64,000 bases of DNA from Camelus ferus (taxonomy: Eukaryota): positions 83,206,001 through 83,270,000 of the forward strand of contig NC_045696.1 in the NCBI RefSeq assembly GCF_009834535.1, read 5' to 3'. Under the pieces are notes generated by a model. That model was not told the origin of the DNA and made no database searches. It was given only the letters and a program-made list of their open reading frames with translations. Position 1 is the first letter of the stretch. Each line of letters starts with the position of its first letter. This document shows positions 13,433-28,300 of the stretch, one piece after another. The position numbers were made by a program, and so were the translations under genes.

Positions 13433-14077
13433 TCATAGTTTATTATTCTTAGTTAAATTTTCTCTACATTCAGTTCGACTCACAGTCCAAATACACTGAT
13501 TCTCTTCCAGTTTTCAAGAAAAAGCCAAACCCTCTGTAGGCTCTGAGAGCTAGGGATAATATTTCCAGGAGTGGAGAAGCATTCACCCTGGGCATTTGGT
13601 TAGAGAAAAAGAAACCTTTAGCCAAACTCACAGGTCACACTCTAAAAGAATGAATGGTATGATCCTCTGAGAGATTTTAATCTTTTGGACAGTGACTGGC
13701 TCTGTGTCTCCTCTTTTGCTTGGGGTCTAACATAACTCTAGCATTTAGATGGTGCTGCGTAAGTGTTTCCTAAACAAATGGTGAATGGAGACACATTGAG
13801 AGAGGGAGAAGAAGGGTCACAGGAGATGGAGGGCCAACACAGGGCTTGGAAATTAGAGGCAGGCAATGAATAGTGGTTGGCTGACTGCCTGCCTGATTGA
13901 GATAACTAAGTTGGTCTAGAAATTATGAAGACCCTTGAATACCTAACTCTAAGAGTCTCAAATGGGGGGTGGGGGCGCACCTGGAGCTCGGGATACTTTA
14001 GAGGTCACTGCTTGAAAGGTGAATCTTTTCCCAGGTGCTGGGATACAAAGGGACAGAATACACACTGGGGTTCCATT

Positions 14078-14160
14078 GATGGATGGATGGATGGATGGAT
14101 GGATGGGTGGATGGATAGATAGGTAGGTAGATAGATGAGACACAGATGGATGATAGATGG
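14078..14160. repeat. (GGAT)n/(GATA)n compound tetranucleotide repeat
   Basis: Read directly. Confidence 0.9.
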
Positions 14161-16505
14161 GGAGCTTTTCTTTCCATTGATTTTATGAGTGAATGTGAAA
14201 ACACTGCTGGGAAAGTGAACGTGATGCTAGCATTCTCACCTCAGGGTGGATTTTGATTAGCTTTATCCCCACGTATCAGTTTCAAGGAAAGAGTAAAATC
14301 TCTCAATGGTAGTGAGAGAAGGAGAAATACACAAGTTGGGGCCGCCAGCAAAGAAACTAGGACAGTAGCCGATGTGGGACCTTGGACACTCTAGGTCACT
14401 GGGCATCTGGGGGAGCAGGGTGAGGATCCAGAACCTGGGAATTAAGACTCAGAAAAGGAGCTCAGAAACCAGCCTCTCCTTTCTACTATCCCTGATTAAC
14501 CCCATCCCCTTTTAATCAACTTCCTCTCTACATCACAACCTCAACAGTCAATTTTATAACATCCAAAAACCTCACAATTCACACCATGAATAGGGGTTTG
14601 ATAGAAACCAAGTGATAAATTGATATTATGATTTTAGGGGGTTGTAGATGATTTTATCTGCACAAACCTTTTTTCTCTTCTCTTCTGCCTGATTACAGAG
14701 CTCCTTTCTTGTGGGTTGGGGCAGAGTGAGGGCTGTTGCCACCCATCTGTCCTGTCCCATGACCATCACCAAACTGTAGGGGGGCACAGGAACCCGGCTG
14801 AGACAACCTGAGAATTCTATCTCCCTAACCACACTTAGATCAAGGAAGGGCATGTGACCCAGATGAAACAATCTCACCACGGACTTTTGCTCAAGCTGCA
14901 TACTAGGAAGAAGCACTACCTTTTCCATATAATGCTTAAAATTGCTCTCTGTATTATAAAAGCTTGAGTTTGTTTGAATATAGTTAAATTGTGTGCCATT
15001 CCTAATGCCACCTTTATTTCTTTTCTAGTAAAAATTTTTATTAAAATGCTAGGAAGAACTTATTTAGCCATTTGTAGAATTTGAAAGGACCTTAAAAGAT
15101 AAACTAGTCCCAACTCCTACACACTGTAGGAGTCTCTTCTTTAAAATTTTTAACAAACGGCTATTCATATCCTGATTAAACACTTCCCACTGCAGAGAGC
15201 TCGTGGTTTTACCCTTCTTATGTCTTCTTCCTCCTCCTGTTTTTTCTTCTCCTCCCCTTTGTCTTTTTGTATTTATGTAACAACCACATACAAAATACTT
15301 GGGAGAAAAAATTCAATAATGATGCACTTTTTCATCAGAGAAAGCTATTTTAAAACATAAAAATTATATGCAAAACAGTACAAATATAACAACACAACAT
15401 TTTGCTACTTAATTAGCAAAATTGTGACCTTTACTTTGCACTTTATTGATCTCAAGAATAAACATTTTATGTCTGTTTGTAAGTTTTACTTCTTTGGGGG
15501 GAAGATATATTTTTATGTTTTTTCATCCATTAGTAAATCACATCTCTGTAACTTTGTAAAGTTTCTCTGTAACTTTCCTTGTCTGATGTTTACCCAAACA
15601 GGTACCATTTGTCACAAAGTATCACACACTAAAAACAGAATCTTTTTTTTTTTTTTTCAGTTTTTTTTTCCTCTTTGCCAACAGCTTTCAACCAAACTTC
15701 CAAGAAAATCAATTTAATTTAAAGTGCACCTCTAGACTATCCAGGATTTAAGCATTTAATTAGAAATCCATTAAAATAATTGTATTCCCTTTTAATGTAG
15801 TCACTTAACCTGTAGTTAAATGTGACTTCTATTATTATAAAATAGCTCATATATAATCTGATGTTACATTGCTTAAAATTATCTCAGAAATATTAGTACT
15901 TGTAAATTAAGTAGAAATGTGCTGAATTTAAACCCTGAAGTTCCTGTTCACAAAAATTGGTTCGCTGATTACATTTAAAAGCCCCACCTGGAACAAAACA
16001 ATATTCCCTTTTCTCATTTTCTTTCTTTAATCACAGCCAAATAAGCTGGAACTGGGTGAGTATAATTTAAGGATCTTCCTTCTTAAAATTTAAGAATCAT
16101 CTAAAGAGCCTTTTTTTCCCCTAGAATTTATTTTCTAGGGAATTACCTATTGATGACTTAAAATATTGTGTATATACAAAGAGTAATATTAAACATAAAA
16201 ATAAAAGTTAGGTGGTCCATGACTGGCCTTTCTCTAGACCAAAGCTTTGAACCTTTTCATTTTCTGCATGTTTCAACACCACAGGACCTAGACTATTTCC
16301 CTCTCTGACTCCACACCATTATTTACTTATTAATCATTCCTCCTGACTACTTCCCTCGCCTTCCACTGTGGCTCCAGACCCTCACCTAACAATTCCTCAT
16401 TCCCTAGAGACTTCCTGTTCTTCTTTCCACTCAGCCAGGATATCCCTTCCCTGACCCATCCCATCCCACGATAATGTGTCAGATCCGAACGACACGACCA
16501 TCCAC

Positions 16506-16690
16506 AAGGGGCCGAATTACTCATGAGGCATAGTCGTAGGACCCATGATACTTAGGTTGAAAAAGTATTTTAATGTAAAATATATCATTCAATCATAAAA
16601 TACACCTTAGAATTTTTTTTTTATGACTGAAAGGGTCCATTAAGGTAAAAATGCCTTGGGTCTATGAATATCATAATATGATATTACCAT
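16506..16690. mobile_element. Short hAT-Tip100-like non-autonomous element (degraded)
   Basis: ggggccgaattac...aggcatag...taggacccatgatact ... aaggtaaaaatgccttgggtctatgaa pattern; subfamily uncertain. Confidence 0.45.
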
Positions 16691-16845
16691 CTACTCTGCT
16701 TGCCCTCCAAAGACACCAACCAGGGCTAGCATTCCTGAGGGAACTCTCACAAACAGTTCAGCTCATGTCAATGCCCTGTTGAAGTCTACAGTGAATATTC
16801 TGAGCTTTTATATGACACACACGTGCACACACACACACACACACT

Positions 16846-17710
16846 CAGAGGCAGCTTTATGGGCATGTGACAAATACAATGGCAGATGGCACTGGGCTCA
16901 GAAGGGCCCAGTGTTTAGGGTTTAATGTTCTATGTTCACGATTTTGAAATATCTAATACAGTGTTTGTGTTTTGGAAGCGAAGTCAGGTGGGACAACGGA
17001 GCACAAACCAGGGACTTGGACCCTCAACTCACCCATCTTTCCATCTCCTACCACCTCCCCTTCACTCTGGAATGGTTCTGCCAGGCTGCCCACCATTTCC
17101 TTCCCTACCTGTACCCACTGACCACTGATGCTTTCTCCTGCCCCCACCCCTCTGTGAGTGCCTGAGCACGGGTTGGGAGAGGGTCAGAGCTGGGTGAGCA
17201 ATCCCTGTGACTTCTTGGCAAGTTACAGTAGCAGGTGGCCACACTCCAGACTGGCAACAACATAGCACATTTGGAGGGCGACTTTGCAGGGCTGAGCCTC
17301 CCACCTAGCCTTGAACAAGTACTGAGCATGTCCAAGCAAAGAGGACCCTTAGGGTTTGCCCATCTATTGTGGGGAGGGGTGTTGGCTGGTAGGAAGAAGA
17401 GAATAACTTTGCAGCCAGCAGCCAGGGCACTGTGCCGGTGCTCAGGCACGCATGTGCTGAGTTGCAAGGAGGGACTACTTGGCCCCTGTAAGCATCTGCA
17501 CTTCCCCAGGTAACCACATGCCCCAGGCCCAAGGAGCACAATAATAAGTAAAAAAAAAAAAACATCAGGACAAGATGAGAGAGAAATTACGTTAAAAAAT
17601 AGAAGTCTTATATTTTAGTACCTATAATAACACTTTTGTTTTACTTTTTGAACAAAAACTACACATTTTCATTTTTGCACTGGACCTTGGGACTTATGTA
17701 AGTCACCCTG
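16846..17710 (+). mobile_element. MER45B/C-like hAT-Tip100 DNA transposon with 8-bp TSD
   Basis: CAG...CTG termini; MER45-type ends (gctcagaagggccc...gtttaatg; cattttcatttttgcactgg); CACACACT at 16838-16845 and 17711-17718. Confidence 0.85.
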
Positions 17711-18049
17711 CACACACTTCTCAGGTTCCAAGAGCTGCTCCCCTTTGATCACATTGTGGACCCCGAGCAAGCTGATGAGAACCCTTTTGGTGTTCCTTCT
17801 TCCATCACAAAACGCCTCCTGCTTCCACTTCCCTTGTTCTTCTTTTTATGGGCTCTAAAGTCAATCTGTCTGCACAATGCCCTCGATCTGATTCCATCTT
17901 CGTCCTTTAGACTTCATAACATCAGTTATTGCCTTAACTCTCCCTCTCTCCCTTAGTCATTTTTCCCTGGGTCTTCCGTGTTCCAATCCCTCCCTCACCG
18001 TTCTGCTGCTGCTGCTCCAATTCTAAAAGCCAATGGTCCAACAATCACT

Positions 18050-19170
18050 GTCTCTGCCTCACTGACATCCTCTGGTAGCTTAGCCATCTCCCTCACCCCA
18101 TTGCTAAAACTGCCTGATCAAAGCTTACCTGAGATTGTCCCAGAGTCACAGACCTGGTGCTTTGGACCTTACTGTAGATGTCGATAGTACTGACAACCTC
18201 CTTCCCTCCTCGTTTCTCTCTCCTAGCTTGGATTGGCTGACCTGGCACTTCAGTAATCCTCTCTCACTTTCCTGAATATTTCTTCCCAGTCCTGGGTATT
18301 TTCTATACTCCATCCTATTACTCACCAAATGGACGTTTAACAGGATGCCCCATAAAGATCTTAACATATCTGCAGTTGGAATATTCCATATTCTGGGCCC
18401 ACAAGTAATGTGCGTTTTTCACGGTAGAGACTGAAACTCTCCATTGGGATTAATGCCTCTTTCCTAAAAGAGATTTCTTTGGTGTATGTACTCTTTTATT
18501 TAAAAAGTCCTTCAGGAATCTCAAAATCAATGAGGTAACTCAAATGCAGATACTTCAGACTGAGATGTCACATGTTCAGTTTAGTCATGTAAGTTAGCTA
18601 TATTGGCAGAGCTGTACTTCTGCTACAACATTAAAAAGTTATCCCTTATGCAGGAGAGTTTTATGACCAGACGTCTGAAAGTTATTAGCATACTGGTAAT
18701 TTCTAAAATGTTCAGTGTGTCCCTAATGCCTACAGGATGGGCTGTAAACTCCTGACATCTGACTCCAGGTCAGCTCTTTTTGAGCTATGACCCTCCTTTC
18801 TCAACTTACATCCCATTACTTTGCTTTAGGTACTCAAGGTTCTTACGAAACTGAGTCACTGAGTATAGCAGTAGCTTTTTGCTAACTCCAGGTCCTGGCT
18901 CATTCCAATCCATGCATCAAGAGTGATCTCTGCATTTCCCACTGGCCAATATGCTACCATCCATCAGGGTCCAGCTGAAATTCCTCATCTTTCATAAAGC
19001 CTTCCTGGGTTCCCCCAACTGGAAATGACTTACTTGCCAGGAAAACTCCTACAGCATGTTTTCTGTCCTTCCCTCTTACAAACACTCTAGCTTTTACAGT
19101 TATTTGTAAATACTTTTTTATTCTCCTCCATTCAACTATAAGCTCACTAGGGGTAGAAAACATGGATAAT
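18050..19170 (+). mobile_element. Degraded L2 fragments
   Basis: Pyrimidine-rich L2 motifs (cagctgaaattcctcatctttcataaagccttcctg; actataagctcactagggtaga). Confidence 0.5.
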
Positions 19171-20449
19171 TATTTTCTTATAGTTATCATTTGTCATAAT
19201 CAATTATAAAGCAAGTTGAAATTCATTTAATTACTGTGACATCAGTAAAAAACATATTATAAGCCCCTTGCGAGAGAGACATGGAAACTGAAGCCGAGGT
19301 AAGTTCAGTACTTTGGCCGAGGTCAGACAGCATCTAAATGTCAAAGCCAGGAGGCAAACCCATAGTTTCTGCTGCTCAGTCTAGTGCTTTTTCTCCTTCA
19401 TACCATACTGCCTACAACCATGTTCACGTGGGCTAAAGTCAACGACCCCTGGCACTTAGCCTGGTATCTCGGGCAGAGTAGATTCATTAATTAAATAAAT
19501 TAATGACAATATACATGAATACAAACAAAAGCACCCACATTGAAGCAAGATAACTTGCTTACCATAAAAGAGATCTAATAAAACAATTCATTTATCAAGA
19601 AAAACATCTTTAATTGAAAAGAGTCAGTGATGCCAAAAATCTTGTTGGCAATGTTGGAAATATTCCAACAAGCGTCACAGAATGGACTAAGATTGAAGTC
19701 ATTCATTTTAGAGAGTGGATCTGATTTTAAAAGGGACAACTCTGTTAGCACCCGATGTGACAGGGTAAGGAAAATACATTCTCAGGTTTACCGTTTTAGA
19801 GTTTCTGACTGCAGGCAAACAAGACATAGATGAGGTTCTTGGTGAGAAATGAACAGGGAAAATAAATGTGTAGGGCTGAAGTGCTTTAGTGAAGAAAACA
19901 GGCATTCTGGCCCCTATGCTCTTTCTTCCACGAGTGTCTCTGAACATGATTTTGTGGACTCACAAAGGCAGCACAAATGAAAGAGATGGGAAAGTACAGG
20001 CTAGTAACATTCAAAGGGAAGCAAAAGCTGCCTGGATTCAGGCTGATAACGCTGAATTTGTCTAGGGATGGATTCTCTTGAAATTTGCACTTGATGCTCA
20101 AAAGGCTGTACCAAGAATTATCAGCTATAAGAAGGCACTCTAATTTAGCTTATGAAGCAGTTATTGCTCTGGTTGAATGGACATTGATTAGAAATTGGAA
20201 GAATGTGCTCTAGTAGGTCAGGTTTTTATAATGCATGTCTCAAAAATGGGAGGTTTAACCTAAAATACAAACTTTTTTTACAGGTAGACTTTAATTTATA
20301 GTACTGCATCTATTTTTGAAGAACCTGGCATTTGTTATTATGTATCACATAATGTTACAGAGGAACTTAACATTCTCAGAGAAGAGAAAAGCACAGAAGA
20401 GGCTGCTTCAGAGAAAAGAAACATACGGAAAAGAAGGATTTAAAAGTAT

Positions 20450-21125
20450 ATTTTAGATTATATTAGAAGATTTATTTTACAATTAATATCCTGTCTTAAG
20501 AAATAGCTAAATAATAATTTACTGTTAAAAATTTGCAAAATTTAAGCATCAAAAATGGAGAAAAGTACACTTTGATCTTAGAAAGACATAAAAATTATCC
20601 ACATAAAAATTAATTTAATAATAAATTAACTATAATAAATTAAATAAAGACATCTTCAAAGAACACTAACCTACATACTTTGAACTAGTTAAGTAAAATT
20701 GGTCAATCAGCCCTATGGAATACTCTGCGGCAGTTTCAAAATAAAAAGTTCTATTTAAATTGGCATAAAAATATGTCAGTGTCATAATGCTAAGTAAGAG
20801 AGAGAGAGGAGAGAAAGCGAGAAGGCTCCTGAACAGTATATATGGTGTGATATGGATGTGTACATACATACACATATATTTACACAAATGTTTAGGATCT
20901 ATGAATACATACACAGACATATTCATGCAGATGCATGTATGTGGATGTTTAGGTAAATGCTTAGAAGAAGGCCAAGAAGGATGCACACAGAAGTGAAACC
21001 AGTGATCAATTCTGCCTAAAGGGAAGGGTGAGCACAAAGGGGAGAAAAGGTTACTGAAGAGAGAATGCACCTTCTCATTATACATTTATACATATAATGA
21101 GAATGAATCACTTCTATATTTTAAA
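20450..21125 (+). mobile_element. Old L1ME-like 3' fragment
   Basis: tatggaatactctgcggcagtt...atgctaagtaagag...aacagtatatatggtgtgat resembles an ancient L1 3'UTR. Confidence 0.55.
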
Positions 21126-22103
21126 AACTACTTGCATTATATCACCAAAACTGGCAACTGAAATCACCCATGGCACCTGACTGCTAATCCGTGTTTATCA
21201 AAGAGTGAATAAATTACAAATTCTCTATGTGATATCATAACTAGAATTAAGCCTTTTCTAGGGTTTCTTTAAACTTCCTCCGTAACTTGAGCTGCATCAC
21301 AGGCAAGGCCTACTGCCCACATTTCAAACCCTAAACTTAAGGAAAGAGCATCAATATTTAAGCCACATTTCAGATTTTTCAAAATTTTGATATAATCTGA
21401 GAACAAATGCTCTTCTTTCAAGGTTTAATATATTCCCACGTAACTGCTACAAACACATGTCTGATCACTATAAAACATGTAAGTTGTTCCGGTGGTGTCT
21501 GTTTACCACTTGTATTAAGGTTTTACCTACAAATTCCATAGAAAATAAAAAGGCCAGAGAATAATCATTACATGTAATTTAAAACTGATTACTGTTCCTT
21601 CAGTTTGTCTTTTACATCTGAATCACATTTGCGGGTTGGCTAGCTGAACATTCTTTCAGCTATTCCACAGACAATAATTATCCTTCCTTCTATTCTTAAT
21701 CTTTTATGCAAACCATATGGCACATTTAGAAATTTTGCAGGCTCTAATTAAAAGTGTCCATTCAAATTAAACAAGGTCAAAAGAGACACTCTTTTAAGAT
21801 CTACTAAATATTTTTAGGGGAACTACCCATAGAGAACAATACAGCAGATGCATTGTCATTAAATCTATGGGCAATTTTCACGCTGATTTTTAAGGCACAA
21901 AAGCTGAGAAAACAAAGCACATCACTGGCTGGTCTTCTAAATATGCAAAGAAAGCCAAAATGTCAGGGAAACGAAGACGTAGGAAAAGAAAGCAGCATCT
22001 GCTCGAGGATTCCATGTGCCAGGGCTGTGAGTGTGCCTCAGCTCAGAACAGCTGGCTGTAGAGGCAGGGAAACGTGTCCAGCTCTGCTCGTGGTATAGAC
22101 TCG

Positions 22104-22548
22104 TGTACTGGACGCTATGATATGCCACCCAGATGCCCCTTTAGGAATGAAGGACCTACAGGCTGGGTGTCAGGAGTGCTGCCAGTGTGCAACCTTCAGC
22201 TGTCATCCCCCTTCAGGACCTACCTACATGGGAGACAGCTTCTTTATCCAAGGATTCATCCCCTTTCGGGGGCAGCCCAAATCTCATGATTGTTCCGTGT
22301 AGAGTATGAAACCCAGTCCTTGGCCCCAAGTTAGCACAATTCTGAAGAGCCATCTCAGCTTCAGAACTTCCCATGAGATCCACTGAAATTTCTGTATGAC
22401 TGTAGCACACCCCATTTTCTTTTTCTGCCCATTCCTGTTTCCCTTCCTTGCCTTCCACAGTTCTCCATCCTTAGGGTACCTTCTAATAAAATGCATGCAC
22501 ATCAATCTCCATCTCACAGTCTGCTTCCTGGGAGCCTATCCGGTGACA
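22104..22548 (+). mobile_element. ERVL solo LTR (LTR16-like)
   Basis: TG...CA ends; ctaataaa...atctccatctcacagtctgcttcctggga...gtgaca 3' signature. Confidence 0.75.
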
Positions 22549-24810
22549 GTCTATTTAAAAATCAGGCAAGGAATCAGATTTGAAACAAAATAATTCACCA
22601 GAAAAAAAAATTTCAAAAATATGGTAAAATGTGAATGTTGGAAATAATTTTTATTTTCATATTCCTGTGAATATTGAACATATTTCTGATATAATGTATG
22701 TATTTCTATGAAACAACTTTACTATTAATTTGTAAGAAGAAATCTTTTGGAGGAAATTATTGAATTCCCTCTGTACGGTTCTCATGAGGCAAAAGCAAAA
22801 TATGTTTATAATTAAGAGAGATAAAAGTGTAATAAGGACTCGATGCCTATTAATATTAAATGCAAGTAAAACTACCGATACTTGAAAATAAGTGCTGAGG
22901 TCATTAATGTGGAAGCCTGCTTAGGAACCTGGACAACCACAGGCATTATAACTGAATAAGATAAGACACAGCAAAAGAATGACAAATTTTTAACCAAGAA
23001 ATACCTAAAACAACATCTAGAAAATTACTTCTAATAGACATAGTTAAGAAACACTCCAAATTGTAGGTTATTTTGCAATGTGCTTTTGGAATGTATAATG
23101 GCAGATAAATTTCCGGTTAACTAAATTAATAAGAGATCACTGTTAGTAACCACCCCATGTGAGGTTTTGCAGAAGACACAAAACATTAAAACTTAGCCCT
23201 CATCATCAAGAAACTTAAAATGCAGTTTATCAAAACTTCCCTAAGAAAAGGCTTTTCTTCGAGAGGAAATCTAAAAAAGAAAATTATGAACTGTGAATTG
23301 AATGCACTTTTAATTAAAGATGTAATTTTTAAAACTGGAAAGTCATACAAGGGAAAGAGAACTTCTTCTCAATTTCTAGTTGTTAATTTACATTCCAAGG
23401 AGAAGAGAACTCTATTTTTTTCCTTATTGGAATTGCCGTTATTTTGACTTACTATAAACACCTGGTAATTGTTTTATGTAAATCACCCATTACAAAAGTT
23501 TAACTATAATTGTAATCAACTCTGAACACAATACATTCAAGGTTCTCTCAAAAAATTCTTAAAATAAGAGTAATAATATTTGGTATGAGTACATAAATTA
23601 TATAATAAGGATATTAAAGATTTATTTTAAAAATATATTATTTGAAACTAAATTCTAACATTTGGTGCCATTTTCATTCCTTTATTAAAAATCTAATAAT
23701 AGGGTTTGACAAACTTAATTATTCAAAAACATATTTTGAGCCTAGAAAAATACTTCCGATTACTTTTAAATATTCTTACATCAAAATGTACGTCTAATAT
23801 TCTGATGAACATTTTCACAGAAATTTAATGCATATCTTTCCAATTTAAATCACATTATCAAAATGTCATCTCAAAAGTAATATGCTGAATCTTTCTATTA
23901 CCAATTTTTGAAAATTTTTCTTTTGATTAGGAGCAACTTGAATATTTAAAAAGCTGTTGTTTATTCCTTCATACCAACTTCACAACGTTCAAGACCCTAA
24001 ACATAATTACTTTTAATGGATATGGGGGAAAATATAAGTAATATAGCAACTGGTCTTAAAAACAGTTCTAAACACAGAAAGGGAGAGGTAAATTAGTTTG
24101 AAAAACCAGTGAACACAGTTTAGCATGTTCATTAGCATCTTACCCAAACCTCTCTGAATACTTTATTAAAAACCCTGACAACATCCCTAAGGGATGGAGA
24201 TAATGAGTCATTATATATACTCATTTTCTGAAATGTTAAGGAACAGCAGAAAGGGTTAATTCACTTTCCTTTTCCTCAGTTCTTACCTTTCCCATAAAAG
24301 AGGCACAGACAACTCCAGCTGATAAACTCTTGGGTGGTTTCTAGCTCACTAAGATCCTCCTTCTGATGTGGTTGGTAATCCTCATTCTAAAATTTACTTA
24401 CTCTTTTAAACTATGTCATTCATTGAGCTCAATGGGAGAAAAAAGAAGTAAAGAAGATCAAGATTACAGGTTGGATTCCAGGATAAAATCTAAAGAAACC
24501 GCTCATGAGAACTTACTGTCTAGAGGTTACTCACTATCTTGTACCCTTAAGCAGCCTCCATACATATGTGCATTTTTAATAAAAGGAAAAATATGAATAA
24601 CCTCGTACAGTCCAAAAGCTTTATAGCCTAAAACTGGTTTAATGCACACATCACTGTGTATCAGCCAGCATGCCCATCCCTGCAGAGCATGACACAGTAC
24701 AAACTTCTCTTCATAAAGAAAAGTGGAAATGAGAATTTTAAAACCTAGAGTGCCCACTATCTTCTTCATCTAAGAAAATAGGGTGCTGGGGGGTGCTTAT
24801 TCAAAGCTTA

Positions 24811-25359
24811 GGTAGGGGAATAAAACTTGCCACCCCAAAATGTGTCTCTTTGGCTCTAAGTTTATTTTGAGCCAATTGTTTTTAAGGGACAAAAGTCTCA
24901 GGAAGTCTTTCTTTTTACTTCCCTCTTAATTGCCTAAAATAATTAGAAAAAGGGCCTGATCCAGGAAAAACACTACCACCAGAGACATCTACAAACACAT
25001 GGGCGAGGCGTGGTAGGGGGAACTCAGCGGGACCGGGAGAGCAAAGTCCATTCTGTGTCCTATTGTCTCTGCGGCCCAATAAATATTTTTTTTTAATCAG
25101 ACATTCATTTTTTTCATCTCCACGTCACTTGCCTCCCTCCCCTTTGAAATCCTAAGTCCTTACTGCCTTCTCCTTCTCTCAGATACTATACAAGCCTCAC
25201 TTGCCTAACTAGTCCTTGGGCCTCATATTCTTAGGAAATCCCTCAAATGCACCAAATTAAATTTGATTTTCTCCTGTTAATCTGTCTCATGTCCATTTAC
25301 CTCTTAGACCAGCCAGAAGAACCTAAAAGGGTAGAGAAAGACTTCTTCCCTCCCTCAAA
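24811..25359 (+). mobile_element. ERV1-class solo LTR with 4-bp TSD CTTA
   Basis: CTTA at 24807-24810 and 25360-25363; gccaccccaaaatgtgtctctttgg start; attaaatttgattttctcctgttaatctgtct U5-type motif; termini decayed. Confidence 0.75.
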
Positions 25360-28300
25360 CTTAACTCATGCATAAACATTTAAATACATTTTTATGATTC
25401 TAAAAGAAACACCTTACCATTGTTGACAAGGTGGGCATTACAAAAAAAGAATTTTTAAAAAGGAAATTAAATATCCCATAAAGTCACCATTGGGAGAGAG
25501 TATGTTACCAGTTTCAGTGTATTTATTTCTAGTCTCACGTGTCTGATCTGTATCTGTATTTCTACCTTTATGAATTTCTTTCTCAGCCTCCATATCTCTA
25601 TCTACATCATGTCTACTTCAATTTCTGCTTTATTTATTTTTCAGTCTCTCTGAACAGACATCTCTCTATCAGGTAGTGAACCTTAGGGTGAACCCAAAGT
25701 CATCCTTCCATTTCCTTGGATCTTCCTTCAAGGCATCCTTGCAGGAAGCATTCTCTCCGCCACCCCCTCCTCTTTTTTTCTGCTAAGCAAAGTTCTCCCA
25801 TTTCATGCCAATCATCTGGACCTGAACCTGGCAGTACCCCCACTTCTGGCTAATTAGAGATTCTCAAGTCCATTTCAGCCCTATTTGAGGCTCTAGTTAT
25901 AGCACACCTTTTCTAATACAAATTTCAAATCATGCTGCATAAATCTGTATTCTGCTTTTTTTCACTTCATAGTGTATTATAATCATTTTCTCATGTTGTA
26001 AGTATATTTTCAAAATTACTCCTTAATATTCCAATGTGTCGCTTACATTTCTAATGTGCTTTCTTGTCTAAAAGTAAGTCCAGAGCTAAATAAGAGGAAC
26101 GGATCAGAAATCAGGAGACATTTAGTTAAAATGAAGAAGAGGTGAAGTAACTATAAAAAGCCAATCCAGTACTTCTAAAAAGCAGTGGCATGTTTCACTG
26201 TTTTGTAAAGGTAAATATACCGGCATGTAAGGCCCACGCACAAAGTTAAATCACTTCATGCACTGCGTAAGAAGCCAAGCCCGGATGTTTTATGTCTGTG
26301 TTAGATGTTCACTAGATTCCACACCACACGAGATAAGACACCTCAGTTTTACTTTCTTTGTTAAACCAAGTATAATCTGCACTTATCTCCACCAGACAGG
26401 GAATTCTTTCTGGGTCCTTCAGTTGCGGAAAGAGGCTCTTCCTCCTCAGGGTGACACAAGTCTTAGGATGCGGTCCTTCTCTTTCTCCACGACAGGCACA
26501 TGCAGGCTTCTCAAGGGCCCTCTGCAGGCAGCATCTGTCACTCCTGGGCCACGCGTGGGAATGGGACGGGCCTTTGTGCCATGCTAGGAGCCCTTGTACT
26601 AAGAGGCCACTTTCCAGGGGCTCTGTCCAGTCCCTGGCATTCTGCAGCCATGGGGCACGATGCTATTGCCATTAGAGACACTGACGTGCCCAGCTCCTTC
26701 CCAAGTGCTCAGCAATTTCTCCCCACTTCTTCCTCAGGCTGCTTCTGCCTCTTCCCCCTTTTTATACTGCCCTGAATTATCTCCACATCCCAGAGTCCAG
26801 CAACATTCCCTTCAGGTGCATAGGCTTTCAAAACCTGCAGCCTGGCAACTACTTTACGAGGCAAATGAGCCCAAAACCCAGGGAAGGGGCGCCTGTGTGA
26901 AGGTGAGGGAAAGCAGACAAGAGGAAGGAATGGGTGGAGAAGCCTTTTCTTTCTCTCTTGACTTCTGAGGCCACGGCAACAAGAAATGCATTCTGGTCAT
27001 TACTGTTGCAATGTATTCTTTTCACTTCCTCTGATTTTAATTTAGAAAAGTTTCCATCAAATTAAAAAGATCAGGTGCATAAACATAAAAATACCCCTAG
27101 AAGGCCCGGTTATCTCAATGACTAACTCCTGGAGATATCAAGATGATCTTGGTATCACTGTAGACTTTTCATAAACAATGGTAGATCAACTGATTGCTTT
27201 ATCCAAAGATACATCCCAATCACTCAGAATAGAATTCAAAGAGCACAAGTAGTTCATTTGGCTAATATTCCTTCAGCCACTCAGTGCACTACCATTTGCG
27301 TGTTGTCAAAGATTTAATGAAAAATTCATAGGAGACTTGGTTGCTCTGATGGTGTTGGGTGTATGGGGCCTTTCTTTATAAACCTAGACAAAATAATGCC
27401 AGTGAAACTAGCCTGCTTATGTGCTATGCTTTGCAACACTTTGAAATACAGCCTGTTTTAGTTTCAAGTGTTCTTAGAAGAAGAATTAGCGAATAAGATA
27501 CTGGTATATAGGGAATTAGGTCAATTTAATGCATTGGTTCAAATTTAAATTTTTTACAGCGTATTAGTGTTTTGCCCCACCAAGTCCCAGCAGTTAAATA
27601 CACATCACACACCTGAAATACAGAAAGCGCGGCAGACTGTGGTACCATCAGCAATGCCCGTTCATTCTGTGTTCTTCCTCTTCACTTGGGTCGGCCACCT
27701 GCTCGCTCTTGGAAGCACGTACCCATGCACGTGGTGCATTTTGATCAGTCCTCAAAATTTATAGTTCAAAACTTCAGCACTTTTGTACTTCCCTTTAATC
27801 AAGCTACTCTCTCTCTCCCTTTTTTTTTTCTTTGCTTTAAGATAACATCCTATATTTACTGCAGAATTTCTTTTTTAGGAACTTAATTGGTCTTTTGAAT
27901 CACAGTAGTATTTTTTATGAGTTTGGTTGTTTTACATATAGTTCAGGTTATAAAGTTGCGTGTTTTTAGTGTCATGCCCTTCCTATTTTTAACGTTGCAT
28001 TATTTTTAGGGCTGTGAATGTTTTTAGTAACACATGTTACAGTAGAAAGATCTGTTCATTGTGCTTTCTGATTCTCTTAATAAAATTATGAGGTAGGTAG
28101 GGCATTTTATGGATGAAAGGAGGCTTGGGAGCTTAAATGATCCATCCATCAGCATGTGATAAGCAAATGGTAAACAGCAGCCCTGGTCTGCAGATTCTTA
28201 TTCTAGTGCTCTGGACACAGTGCCAGAGTCAACATCTTTAATGACATCTGCATAAATTATTTTATTAATTATGATGCACTTTAAGACATGGCTTATCTTG

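Noticed and set aside
27690..27710. CTCF-like motif (also at ~54802 in MER20)
   Set aside because: Only partial matches by eye; needs a PWM score and ChIP data.
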